Shown here in pieces: positions 52,347 through 64,000 of a DNA stretch of 64,000 nucleotides. A program made the translations under genes and the position numbers. The DNA is from Heptranchias perlo (Eukaryota): the NCBI RefSeq assembly GCF_035084215.1, contig NC_090356.1, positions 682,001 through 746,000 of the forward strand, written 5' to 3'. Position 1 is the stretch's first letter; each line of letters begins with the position of its first letter. Under the pieces are notes generated by a model. It saw only the letters and a list, made by a program, of their open reading frames with translations, was not told the origin of the DNA and did not search any database.

Positions 52347-55300
52347 TGGACTAATAATCCAGAGTCAAGAGTTCAAATCCCGCCACGGCAGCTGGGGAAT
52401 TCAAATTCAATTAATTGAATAAAACCTGGAATTAAAAAAAACTAATATTAGTAATAGTGGCCATGAAACTACTGGATTATCATAAAAACCCATCTGGTTC
52501 ACTAATCCCCTTTAGCGAAGGAAACCTGCCGTCCTTACCCAGTCTGGCCTATATGTGACTCCAGACCCACAGCAATGTGGTTGATTCTTAATCGCACTTT
52601 GAAATGGCCTAGCAAGCCACTCAATTGTACAATCTCACTACAAAAAGTCATAATAAGAATAAAACCAGATAGACCACACGGCATTGGACCACTAGACACC
52701 ATTGGACACGACAAAGGCAAACCAAGCCCAGTTGACCCTGCAAAGTCCTCCTCGCTAACATCTGGGGACTTGTGCCAAAATTGGGAGAGCTGTCCCACAG
52801 ACGAGTCAAGCAACAGCCTGACATAGCCATACTCACAGAATCATACCTTTCAGCCAACGTCCCAGACTCTTCCATCACCATCCCTGGGTATGTCCTGTCC
52901 CACCGGCAGGACGGACCGACCAGAGGTGGCGGTACAGTGATATACAGTCAAGAGGGAGTGGTCCTGGGAGTCCTCAACATTGACTCTGGACCCCATGAAA
53001 TCTCATGGCATCAGGTCAAACATGGGCAAGGAAACCTCCTGCTGATTACCACCTGCCACCCTCCCTCAGCTGATGAATCAGTCCTCCTCCATGTTGAGCA
53101 CCATTTGAGGGTAGCAAGGACACAGAATGTACTCTGGGTGGGGGACTTCAATGTCCGTCACCAAGAGTGGCTCGGTAGCACCACGACTGACCAAGCCCTG
53201 AAGGACATAGCTGCCAGACTGGGCCTGCGGCAGGTGGTGAGCGAACCAACACGAGGGAAAAACCGACTTGACCTCATCCTCACCAATCTACCTGTTGCAG
53301 ATGCATCTGTCCATGACAGTATTGGTAGGAGTGACCACTGCACAGTCCTTGTGGAGACAAAATCCCGTCTTCACAGTGAGGACGCCATCCAACGTGTTGT
53401 GTGGCACTACCACCGTGCTAAATGGGATAGATTCAGAACAGATCCAGCAGCTCAAAACTGGGCATCCATGAGACACTGTGGGCCATCAGCAGCAGCAGAA
53501 TTGTACTCCAGCACAATCTGTAACCTACGGACCAAATGCTGGAATATGGGATTAGAGTAGACAGGGCTTGATGGCCGGCGCGGACACGATGGGCCGAAGG
53601 GCCTCGATCCGTGCTGTATAACTCTATGACTCTATGACTCTATGACTCATGGCCCGGCATATTCCTCACTCTACCATTACCAACAAGCCAGGGGATCAAC
53701 CCTGGTTCAATGAGGAATGTAGAAAAGCATGCCAGGAGCAGCACCAGGCATACCTAAAAATGAGGTGCCAACCTGGTAAAGCTACAACGCAGGACTACAT
53801 GCATGCTAAACAGCGGAAGCAACATGCTATAGATAGAGCTAAGCGATTCCACAACCAACAGATCAGATGAAAGCTCTGCAGTCCTGCCACATCCAGTTGT
53901 GAATGGTGGTGGACAATTAAACAACTAAAGGGAGGAGGAGGCTCTGTAAACATCCCCATCCTCAATGATGGTGGAGTCCAGCACGTGAGTGCAAAAGACA
54001 AGGCTGAAGCGTTTGCAACCATCTTCAGCCAGAAGTGTCGAGTGGATGATCCATCTCGGCCTCCTCCCGATATCCCCACCATCACTGAAGCCAGTCTTCA
54101 GCCAATTCAATTCACTCCATGTGATATCAAGAAATAGCTGACTGCACAGGATACAGCAAAGGCTATGGGCCCCGACAACATCCTGGCTGTAGTGCAGAAG
54201 ACTTGTGCACCAGAACTAGCCGCGCCTCTAGCCAAGCTGTTCCAGTACAGCTACAACACTGGCATCCACCTGACTATGTGGAAAATTTCCCAGGTATGTC
54301 CTGTCCACAAAAAGCAGGACAAATCCAATCCGGCCAATTACCGCCCCATCAGTCTACTCTCAATCATCAGCAAAGTGATGGAAGGTGTCATTGACAGTGC
54401 GGCACGTATTCACAAATAACCTGCTCACCGATGCTCAGTTTGGGTTCCGCCAGGACCACTCAGCTCCAGACCCCATTACAGCCTTGGTCTAAACATGGAC
54501 AAAAGAGCTGAATTCCAGAGGTGAGGTGAGAGTGACTGCCCTTGACATCAAGGCAGCATTTGACCGAGTTTAGCACCAAGGAGCCCTAGTAAAATTGAAG
54601 TTAATGGGAATCAGGGGGAAAACTCTCCAGTGGCTGGAATCATACCTGGCACAAAAGAAGATGGTAGTGGTTGTTGGAGGCCAATCATCTCAGCCCCAGG
54701 ACATTGCTGCAGGAGTTCCTCAGGGCAGTGTCCTTGGCCCAACTATCTTCAGCTGCTTCATCAATGACCTTCCCTCCATCATAAGGTCAGAAATGGGGAT
54801 GTTCGCTGATAATTGCACAGTGTTCTGTCCCATTCACAGCTCCTCAGATAATGAAGCAGTCCATGCCCATATGCAGCAAGACCTGGACAATATCCAGACT
54901 TGGGCTGATAAGTGGCAAGTAACATTCACGCCAGACAAGTGCCAGGCAATGACCATCTCCAACAAGAGAGAGTCTAACCACCTCCCCTTGACATTCAACG
55001 GCATTACCATCACCGAATCCCCCACCATCAACATCCTCGGGGTCACCATTGACCAGAAACTTAACTGGACCAGCCATATAAATACTGTGGCTACGAGAGC
55101 AGGTCAGAGGCTGGGTATTCTGCGGCGAGTGACTCACCTCCTAACTCCCCAACGCCTTTCCACCATCCACAAGGCACAAGTCAGTAGCGTGATGGAATAC
55201 TCTCCACTTGCCTGGATGAGTGCAGCTCCAACAACACTCAAGAAGCTCGACACCATACAGGATAAAGCAGCCCACTTGATTGGCACCCCATCCACCACCC

Positions 55301-55700
55301 TAAACATTCACTCCCTTCACCACCGGTGCACAGTTGCTGCAGTGTGTACCATCCACAGGATGCACTGCAGCAACTCGCCAAGGCTTCTTCGACAGCACCT
55401 CCCAAACCCGCGACCTCTACCACCTAGAAGGACATGAGCAGCAGGCACATGGGAACAACACCACCTGCACGTTCCCCTCCAAGTCACACACCATCCCGAC
55501 TTGGAAATATTTCGCCGTTCCTTCATCGTCGCTGGGTCAAATCCTGGAACTCCCTTCCTAACAGCATTGTGGGAGAACCGTCACCACACGGACTGCAGCG
55601 GTTCAAGGCGGCGGCTCACCACCACCTTCTCAAGGGCAATTAGGGATGGGCAATAAATGCCGGCCTCGCCAGCGACGCCCACATCCCATGAACGAATAAA
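52347..55700 (+). mobile_element. near full-length CR1/L2-group LINE (APE plus RT, no evident ORF1) with a tRNA/SINE-like 5' head, decayed
   Basis: B-box GAGTTCAAATCC at 52369-52380. EN at 52772-53520 (ILTESYL, VGDFN, LDLIL, SDH). RT at 54165-55437 ([23 protein letters not shown]). Tail ...cccacatcccatgaacgaataaaa. A short CR1 3' end is inserted at about 53527-53648. Confidence 0.85.
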
Positions 55701-55889
55701 ACCAACCCCCTCCCCCCCCCCCTTACACGAACTGCAGAATGTAATCCGAGGGAGGAAGCTGAGAATAACGGAAGTTTTCTCCGGGTGAGATTTATTTGAT
55801 TGAACTCCTCGGGTTGGTTTTGTCTCTCTGACCTCCGGCCAGTTATCTCCACATTCTTGTAACTGTTTGAGTAAAAACGTTTCTCCTGG

Positions 55890-56450
55890 GTTCACTTTGA
55901 AGTGCTTAACTTGAATTTTAAGATGATGTCTCCCTGTTCTGGACTCCCTTACTGGAGGGAAGAGTTATTCGCTGTCGATGTAATCAAAGCCCTTCGTTAT
56001 TTTAAACACTTTACTCGGATGATCCCTCAATCTGCTCATCCCCAGAGACTATAATCCAAGTTTGCCCCGTCACTCACCATAGTTCCATCCCATCAGGCAA
56101 GGACCATCCTGTTGAATTGTTGTTGGACTTTATTTAAACGAGCACATTGTTCCTAAATTCGGGTGCCAAAACTGAACACCATGGTCCATTTCCTACATGA
56201 ACTTTGTGCAGTTGCTGTGATGCTTCCTTGTTTTTAAATTCTATGTCTCCTGATTGAGACCAACGTCTCATTAGCCATTTTGATCATTGTTTACTAATTA
56301 GCTTTTATTGATTTGAGTACCCAGACCCCTAAATCCCTTCGTTCACCTACCCCAATACTTCCCTATTTAGACTGTACTCCCATCTCCCATATTAAGTACA
56401 TGTACTAGCTCGCACTTGGTTACATTAAACTGCATCTGCCACCGTTGCTC
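55890..56450 (-). mobile_element. very old CR1 fragment
   Basis: Weak similarity to the CR1 RT C-terminal DNA seen in other copies. Confidence 0.5.
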
Positions 56451-56819
56451 ATTCCTAATCTATCGAGCTGCTGTTACAATGTCCCACCCACCACAACTCT
56501 CTCGCCTCCCAGGTCAGTATCTTGGATATACTCCTCTCGATTCCCCAAAACAGGCCGGGCATCGAGTTCTCGCACCGTTCCCCGGGGACAGCACTTGTCA
56601 ATCTGAGAATGTCTCCTATATTCCCGATCCACACCAGGCTGCCTCCAATTCCATAGCTCGAGGGACCAAACCTTCTGAAAATCAGTGCACCAACATCCAA
56701 TGATCTCCCTCCATTCACCTCCGGACAATGGGTCGGATGGTCGGACATGACCCCCTCTTCTGCTTCATATCTTTATTACATTTCCTATTCTGTCTTTCTT
56801 GTTGCATTTCTTTATTCTT

Positions 56820-56965
56820 TCGGCCTGTGCGCGCTCCCGCCTGTCGCTGACATCATTGTCGGGAGCGCGGATGCTCGGTCCCAGTCTTTGGGATACTGAA
56901 TCTTCGGTTCGATCAGATTGTGGGAAGCGGCCGCTCTCTGTGCCCCGTCCTCGGGAGACAGGCAG
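56820..56965 (+). promoter_or_regulatory. candidate DRAXIN promoter and non-coding first exon
   Basis: Local CpG-rich patch ending in CAG|GTAGGG at 56965. The DRAXIN coding exon has an acceptor, so it needs an upstream exon. Confidence 0.45.
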
Positions 56966-57603
56966 GTAGGGAGTGTCCGGGACTGGGGGCGATGCTCAAT
57001 ACCAAACGATGCCTTTTTTAAAACGTTATTCAGGGCGAGGTCTGTCCATTCACCTTATCGCACCTTGAACCCATCTGAAAATGGCTCTGTGAGGATTTCC
57101 AGAATGTTTTATGTTTATTGGAGCAAAGACCATTGCAGGTTGTTGTCAGAATGGAAGTCTGCCTGTGTCTGTGTGTCTGTCTGTATCTCACTCTCTCTCG
57201 AGTCGGTGGGCAGGAACCCAGTCTGTAATCTGTGTATAAATTGTTTTCTCCCAAACTGAACAGGATTCCAAGGTGTGTTATGTGGGGAACAGTGAACGTG
57301 TATTATGTGGCTGGGTGTATATTAAAAATCTTGCTGTTAAATTGATTTATTTAGTTGCCGGTAGCTTGTTGTTCAGATTGGAAAAGGCGTGTTCCTGGTT
57401 TACCTTTTGAATTTGATATCTAGTAGTGTAGGGGCAGAAGTTCGTGTACTGTTTGAACCCTGATGCTGGTTTTGTGCGTCCATTGGACAGGCTGTATGGC
57501 GGCTGGACTCCGGCAGTGCTTTGAACATTTGACCAGACCCCGGGGATGGGAGTGTAGGAGATACACATGTTTAATGAGACTTGGAAACAATGCCTTGTGA
57601 ATC

Positions 57604-57788
57604 TGATGTGGAGATGCCGGTGATGGACTGAGGTGGACAAATGTAAGGAATCTTACAACACCAGGTTATAGTCCAACTGTTTTATCTGTTTACACTCACC
57701 TGACCAAGGAGAAAGCCTCCGAAAGCTTGTGATTTTCAAATAAAACTGTTGGACTATAACCTGGTGTTGTAAGATTCCTTACATTTGT
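57604..57788. mobile_element. tiny PLE-derived insertion with an inverted pLTR (hairpin)
   Basis: 49-bp inverted repeat at 57637-57685 / 57740-57788 (1 mismatch) around a hammerhead remnant. The left end is the reverse complement of the PLE sequence just upstream of its ATG. The direct repeat TTGTGAATCTGA lies at 57595-57606 and 57785-57796. Confidence 0.8.
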
Positions 57789-58687
57789 GAATCTGACACC
57801 GAGGACGTTCCTGGTAGTTTGTGGAAGCTGAGGTGCTAGGTGCAAGTAGTCAATTGTGCAGGTGATGCCGGAGAGCTGTAATTCTGGGGGTACTTACTGA
57901 AAATGCTGCAAATTAATGTTGAAATTGGAAGTGATGTTTGGTGTTGGAGCAGATGGGAGGTGAGAGAGTGTCTCCGTGGGGAGCTGCAGATCATTAACAT
58001 TATCCTTGGGGGCTGGGGAGACACCCGTTCAAGAATGGAGATGTTAAATCTGAATAACTCCTACAGAATATAATTATCCTTAACAATCGATTACTTTCTC
58101 AGCCTTTTGCATCATTACACATGTATTTAGATATTAAAGCTATCGTACAATGTTGTGTTGTGATTGTGAGGTGTGTTTTTGCAAAGCCAAGTCTCCTGGT
58201 TCGCCAATCACATCATAGTTTTCCTTTTCTTTTTCTCTGTCTAAATTTCCCCCTTGTTCCCCTGAAGGTGCCTTTCTTGCTGGGGTACAGTTCCTGGGTC
58301 CATTAACCAACCAAGTTGTTAGCCCAGACACTGAGTGTACACTATTCAACCATGGTGGGATCACCATTGACCCAAACCCTGTCCTCATCCTATGCCCACA
58401 CACATGCACTTTCCAGCGGGAATCACTGGATGGTGTCCGGGACCAGATTTCCTGCCTGATTTTTCCTCCCCCTAACCCTGGGCCACTAAAGGTCGGTCAT
58501 CTGTTTATAAACAATATGGAATCATTCAACGCAGCAATCACCCCTCCAAGCTCACTCACTGCCACAATACAAAAAGAAAGAAAAGCATTTGCATTTAAAA
58601 AAGACCTTTCACCACCTCAAGACGTCCCAAAGTGCTTCACAGCCAATGAAGTACTTTCGATTGTAGGGAAACAGATGAAGACATAAG

Positions 58688-60470
58688 ATGGTGGACCCCT
58701 TAAAAATTGATAATGGTCATATTGTAAATGAAAATAAGGAAATGGCAGACATGTTACATAATTACTTTGCATCAGTATTTACAGTAGAGGAAAAGGAGAG
58801 CATGCCAAAAACCCCAGGGAAACTAATTTTAAATCAGGGACTTACCATAATTAACATAAGCAAATTAACAGTAATGAAGAAAATAATGGCACTAAAGAGT
58901 GACAAATCCCCAGGACCAGATGGTTTCCTTCCCAGGGTTTCAAAGGAAGTAGGTGAACACAATGCAGAAGCCCTAACTATAATCTTTCAAAGTTCTCTCA
59001 ATTCAGGAACTGTCCCTCTAGATTGGAAAATTGAACATTTCACTCCGCTTTTTAAGAAAGGAGAGAGAGGGAAACCAGGGAATTATAGACCAGTTAGCCT
59101 AACATCTGTTGTGGGGAAAATGCTGGAGTCTATAATTAAGGATAGAGTGACTGAACACCTTGAAAATTTTCAGCTGATCAGAGAGAGCCAGCATGAATTT
59201 GTAAAGGGCAGGTCATGCCTGATGAACCTGATTGAATTTTTTGAAGAGGTGACTAAAGTAGTGGACAGGGGAATGTCAATGGAAGTTGTTTATATGGACT
59301 TCCAGAAGGCATTCGATAAAGTCGCTCATAAGAGACTGTTAGCTAAAGTTGAAGCTCATTGAATTGATGGTAAATTATTGACCTGGTTAGAAAATTGGCT
59401 GAGTGGCAGGAGACAGAGAGTAGGGATAATGGGCAGGTACCCAAATTGGCAGCATGTGACTAGTGGTGTCCCACAGGGATCTGTGTTGGAGCCTTAACTA
59501 ATCACTATTTATTAACGACGTAGATGATGGGATAGAGAGCCACATATCCAAGTTTGCCGATGACACAAAGATAGGTGCATTGTAAGCAGTGTAGATGGAA
59601 GCATAAAATTACAGAGAGATATTAATAGATTAAGTGAATGGGTGAAACTGGCAAATGGATTTCAATGTAGGCAAGTGTGAGGTCATCCACTTTAGACCTA
59701 AAAAGGATACATCAGAGCACTTTCTAAATGGTGAAAAGCTTGAAACAGTGGAGGTCCAAAGAAAATTAGGGTCCATGCACATAGATCATTAAAATGTCAT
59801 GGACAGGTACAGAAAATAATCAAAAAGGCTAATGGAATGCTGGCCTTGATATCTAGAAGACTAGAGTACAAGGGGGTAGAAGTCATGCTACAGCTATACA
59901 AAGCCCTGGTTTGACCACACCTGGAGTACTGTGTTCAGTTCTGGGCACCGCATCTTAGGAAGGATGTATTGGCCTTGGAGGGAGTGCAGCGTAGATTTAC
60001 TAGAATGATACCTGGACACCAAGGGTTAAATTACGAGGAGCGATTACACAAACCAGTGTTGTATTCCCTGGAATTTAGAAGATTAAAAGGCGATTTGATC
60101 GAAGTTTTCAAGATATTAAGGGGAACTGATAGAGTAGATAGAGAGAAACTATCTCTGCTGGTTGGGGAGTCTAGGACCGGGGACATAGCCTAAAAATTAG
60201 AGCCAGGACTTTCAGGAGTGAAGTTAGGAAACACTTCTACACACAAAGGGTGGCAGAAGTTTGGAATTCTCTTCCGCAAACAGCAGTCGATGCTAGTTCA
60301 ATTGTTAATTTTAAATCTGAGATTGATAGATTTTTGTTAACCAAAGGTATTAAGGGATATGGGGCTAAGGAGAGTATATGGAGTTAGGTCACAGATCAGC
60401 CATGATCTCATTGAATGGCAGAACAGGCTCGAAGGGGCTAAGTGGCCTACTCCTGTTCCTATGTTCCTGT
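58688..60470 (+). mobile_element. CR1 LINE fragment, decayed
   Basis: RT pieces at 58688-59362 and 59969-60193, then the tail cctgttcctatgttcct. Confidence 0.9.
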
Positions 60471-61784
60471 GTGCTTGAGGAGGGGAGATGGTGGGTCTAA
60501 GTTACCACATTATGGACCTCATAGGTTTGTGATACCAGGAGGGGGTACAGAGTAAAAGGCTTTGCATTCTCCTAGTGACATGAAGCCACACACTTCTCCT
60601 GGCAGGTGATGCATAGTCCCATTGCACAAGCATGAAACCTGGCCACTGCCTCTCTTGGCTGGGGACTAGATGAGGCATGGGAGGAGGAGGAGGAGAAGTG
60701 ATCATAAACATAAAGATAAAAAGTCATGTCAAAAATCAAATAAACCATTTATTGAGAGGCTGAAATGCAGGAAGTTTTTGATTCACGATTGGGATCTGGA
60801 TGAAGCAAGCACAAAACCATCACTGCTGCATTGTGCGTATGTTAACAATGATGGAGGAAAATTACATTTTTACAACTCCTGTTTCTTGATGTGGTAACAT
60901 TATTTACTTATTGAGGTTTTCAGTGAATTTTCAGCACCAGCAAACTCAAACTTAGGGCCTAAACCCACCTATTGTTTCTTTCCGATCCTATCCTCACTCG
61001 GCCCATCCCCATCCTGCACCCTGCCCCCGTCCCATCCCACCCCGTCTCATCCCGCACCCTGCCCCCGTCCCTGCACCCGCACCCCGCCCCCGTCCCGCAC
61101 CCTGCCTCCATCCCACAGTCTGCCCCATCCTATCCCACCCCTGTACAGTCTTGAACTTGCAAAAAATGGCACCCCTAATATGTCCTGGTGATGTTATATC
61201 AGCTTTGAATTTTTTTTCTCTGGGATGGAGAAAATTCAGAATGAAATGGGAAAGAAGTGTGAGTGTCACCCAACACTAACTAGAACCGGCCTGTAAATAT
61301 CTCAGAGCATGATGTGAGCATGATAACAGCAGAGCTTTAGGCTATGATTGGCCTTTTTGCCAATTTTTTCCCTTATTCCCATTACTTTCCCGAAGGCACC
61401 ACATGTTGCTATGGTACGAATCCCAGCAGGGGTCAATGCACGATAACCTAGTTGCATTTCCTCCCCTTTGTAGCCCAGGGACACTGAGGCAAATTGGACC
61501 AAATTCTACCATCATTCTGACTGACATCAGGTGAAACTAAATAGACCAGCAATTGAATCCCGAACCCTTTCCTGCAACTGGGTAGTTTATACATGGTCTT
61601 TACCATCTGACCTATTGGGGGAGTTTTGATTGGTCTTTGCACACACTAAAGCTGAATATAGAAAGTGGCAATGGTGGTTAATTTGCCCCTGAATGTTGTA
61701 CAGACCGTAACACTTAATCAGCAGTTAAAACCAAACTTCTGGCTCACCTCACGTGTTTCTTCTTCAGATTGATCGTGTGAAGAA

Positions 61785-62256
61785 ATGGTTGCCTGGTACC
61801 GCATGCCTCCTTTCCTCTTCCTCTTGGCTTTTCATGGTCTGAGTCAGGTCTGTGCTCTGGAAGCTGGAACCAGAGAAAAGAAAATCACACTGCAGCCACG
61901 AGACAGCAGCAATAATCTGAAGAGACATGAGTCCTGGCCAGACCCGCACAGACCAGGCCGCAAACATGGAGTACAGAGGAAGGATAAGGCCAACACCATG
62001 GTAACCAGAGTGCTGGAGGCTGACAGACCAGACGAAGACAATGTGGGATTGGAGAGTCTGACTCCAGTGCGAGTGGAGACAGACAGTCTGGAGAGAACAG
62101 CAGCAATGCAGCAGAAGATATTTGTGGCCCAGAGTGATCAGTTTTATCCTCGAGAACTGGAAAATTATCCAACAGGAGAGTCTGCGAATAAGGGGAAAAA
62201 ACACAACAGAGACCATAAGAAGCCAAATCGGAGAGAGCGAGCACGACACAGTAAGG
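61785..62256 (+). CDS. DRAXIN: Draxin (secreted axon-guidance protein), first coding exon; the rest lies outside the window
   Basis: Acceptor ttcttcag at 61767, ATG at 61785 and a signal-peptide-like N-terminus (MVAWYRMPPFLFLLAFHGLSQVCALEAG). The exon has a basic end (KGKKHNRDHKKPNRRERARHSKG) and a phase-1 donor G|GTAAGA. It is divergent from MAD2L2, as DRAXIN is in mammals. Identity rests largely on synteny and exon architecture. Confidence 0.75.
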
Positions 62257-62604
62257 GTAAGAGGGACCTTGAAGACTTTAGTGACAAACAGACATTTTAA
62301 ATATTTTTCACAAGTAGAAAAGATTCTCCAGCATTGGAACTAACCAGACAAAGTTATTTTATGGAATATACTATATTTTAACTGAAATAATTAGATATGG
62401 TTATAGAAAAGCCAATTATACCAGATATAGCTCCAGGGCCTGTAATTTTTCTTTAGATTTATTAAATAGTAAATTTAAAAAACTTATATCAAGAACAATA
62501 AACCCATAAGCTGGTCTGTGATGAATTTCCAAAGTTTGATTATTTTACAATGTTTCTATCTTGTCTTGTTCCAATTGTTCAGTCTGTGCATCCTCCACCC
62601 TCCA

Positions 62605-63025
62605 TAAACTTCAGCTCATCCAAAACTCTGCTGCCTGTATCCTATCCCGCACCAAGTCCCACTCTCCTATCTCGTGTCTTCTCTGATCTACGTTGTCTCC
62701 CTCAATATTTCAATTTAAAATTCTCATAGTTGTGTTTAAATCCCTTCATGACCTTGCTGCTCCCAATCTCTATAACCTCCTCCAACTCGACAACTCCTCC
62801 CTAAACTCTGTTCCTCTGACTCCGGGCTCTTACACATCCCCCTCCCTTCTCCCACCATTGGTGGCCGTGCCTCTCTAAACCTCTCCACCTCCCTCTCCCT
62901 CTTGAAGACCCATCTCTTTGACCAAGGTTTTGTTCACACGTCCTAATCTCATCTCCTTTGCTCACTGTCCTTTCTTTTCCTTATGTCAGGGGACCTTTCT
63001 CTACACCATATAAATGCAAGTTGTT
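62605..63025 (+). mobile_element. L2-type 3' fragment
   Basis: cagctcatccaaaactctgctgcc...tttaaaattctc...tataaatgcaagttgt, similar to 25015-25368. Confidence 0.6.
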
Positions 63026-64000
63026 TGTCTCTCTGTCTCTGCCATTCTCTCTGTCCATATAGTACTCTCCTCTGGTCCCTCTCCTGTCTTTTTCTTCCTC
63101 TCACATTCTCCCTCTCTCCCTGTAACACTCTCACTCTCTGCATAGCTTTCCCACTCTGTCTTTCTTTTATCCCCTATGTCTGTCACTCTGTCTTCTCTTC
63201 TCCCCCCTTTTGTGCTCTTCCCCCATTATTCTTTGACTCCCACTTCCACTTTATCTCTTTATCGCCCTTTCCCTCTCCCTCTGCATGTGTCACTCTCATT
63301 TGCTTTCTCCTCCTCTCTCTGCTCCTGTTGGTCTGCATCTCACTCACTCACTTATTGGACCTGACTCACTCCTTCAGGGTATATGTTAAATATTCTGTTT
63401 TGAATGTCAATTGGGATTATCATAGTGTGAAACAAATTGCAGTTTTGGTCATAATTTTACCAGACTGAGCCAACTGCACTCTGTTAGTACCTCTTGATTC
63501 CTGCTCAGGGGGTCTGCACTCTGTCTGCACCTCTCCATCCCTGCTCAGGGGCTGTTAATGGATATTCTACATCTGAATTGTGAATAAATGTGCATTTTAA
63601 AGTAAAAGTAACGTTCAGTTGATGAGGTAGGACATTGATGGACCGATGCACTGTGTTTATGAGTGGGGGGGGGGGGGGGGTGAGGTGTCAGCCACAGACC
63701 TGATGTTTTGGTGTAAGGATAATGGGACCCTGTCCTCACCAGCAGAAAGGAGATCTGAAAAATGGAGGAAAACAGATGGGAAAAAAACACAAATTAAATG
63801 AAGGAGGATATTTTTGCTCTGGTTTGATCTGAACCTCACTTCTTTGTACATTGTGTGAAATAATAATCTGCTTTTACAAGGGAGGTCACATTCCTCTGAC
63901 ACCTGTTTTTAAATTCCAGTTGAATTTGGGTATTTGGCCATGTCTTCACTCTTGGGGTGTGAACGTGAAATCCACAGCACGGATTCTCACCTTTGACCTT

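Noticed and set aside
51094-52354. Extensin/mucin-like ORFs (355 and 401 aa)
   Set aside because: They come from a 36-bp C-rich minisatellite with no splice or domain support.
50000-52390. tRNA genes at about 50005-50070 and 52347-52390
   Set aside because: A/B-box-like motifs run into SINE or LINE bodies, and no complete cloverleaf could be drawn.
62983-63468. 161-aa hydrophobic ORF
   Set aside because: It is a CT-rich low-complexity intronic tract next to an L2-type tail.

Overview
Eukaryotic (vertebrate) genomic DNA, most likely a cartilaginous fish; this is inferred from the repeat content and the divergence of the proteins. There is no prokaryotic content. Five spliced loci can be reconstructed exon by exon. 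EMC1 (- strand, exons 1-6, runs off the left edge) lies head-to-head with a complete MRTO4 (+, 8 exons). An AKR7A-type aflatoxin aldehyde reductase gene (-) appears to be a pseudogene: two frameshifts, exon 2 not found, and a damaged splice donor. MAD2L2/REV7 (-) is complete, with 8 coding exons, and the first coding exon of a probable DRAXIN (+) lies near the right edge. The introns are packed with CR1-type LINEs (one with an intact 951-aa ORF2), tRNA-derived SINEs and Penelope-like retroelements (PLEs). The PLE pseudo-LTRs carry minimal hammerhead-ribozyme motifs with a covarying stem II. GC-rich VNTRs flank the promoters or first exons of four of the five genes. Most long Pro/Gly-rich ORFs in the track are artefacts of these repeats.
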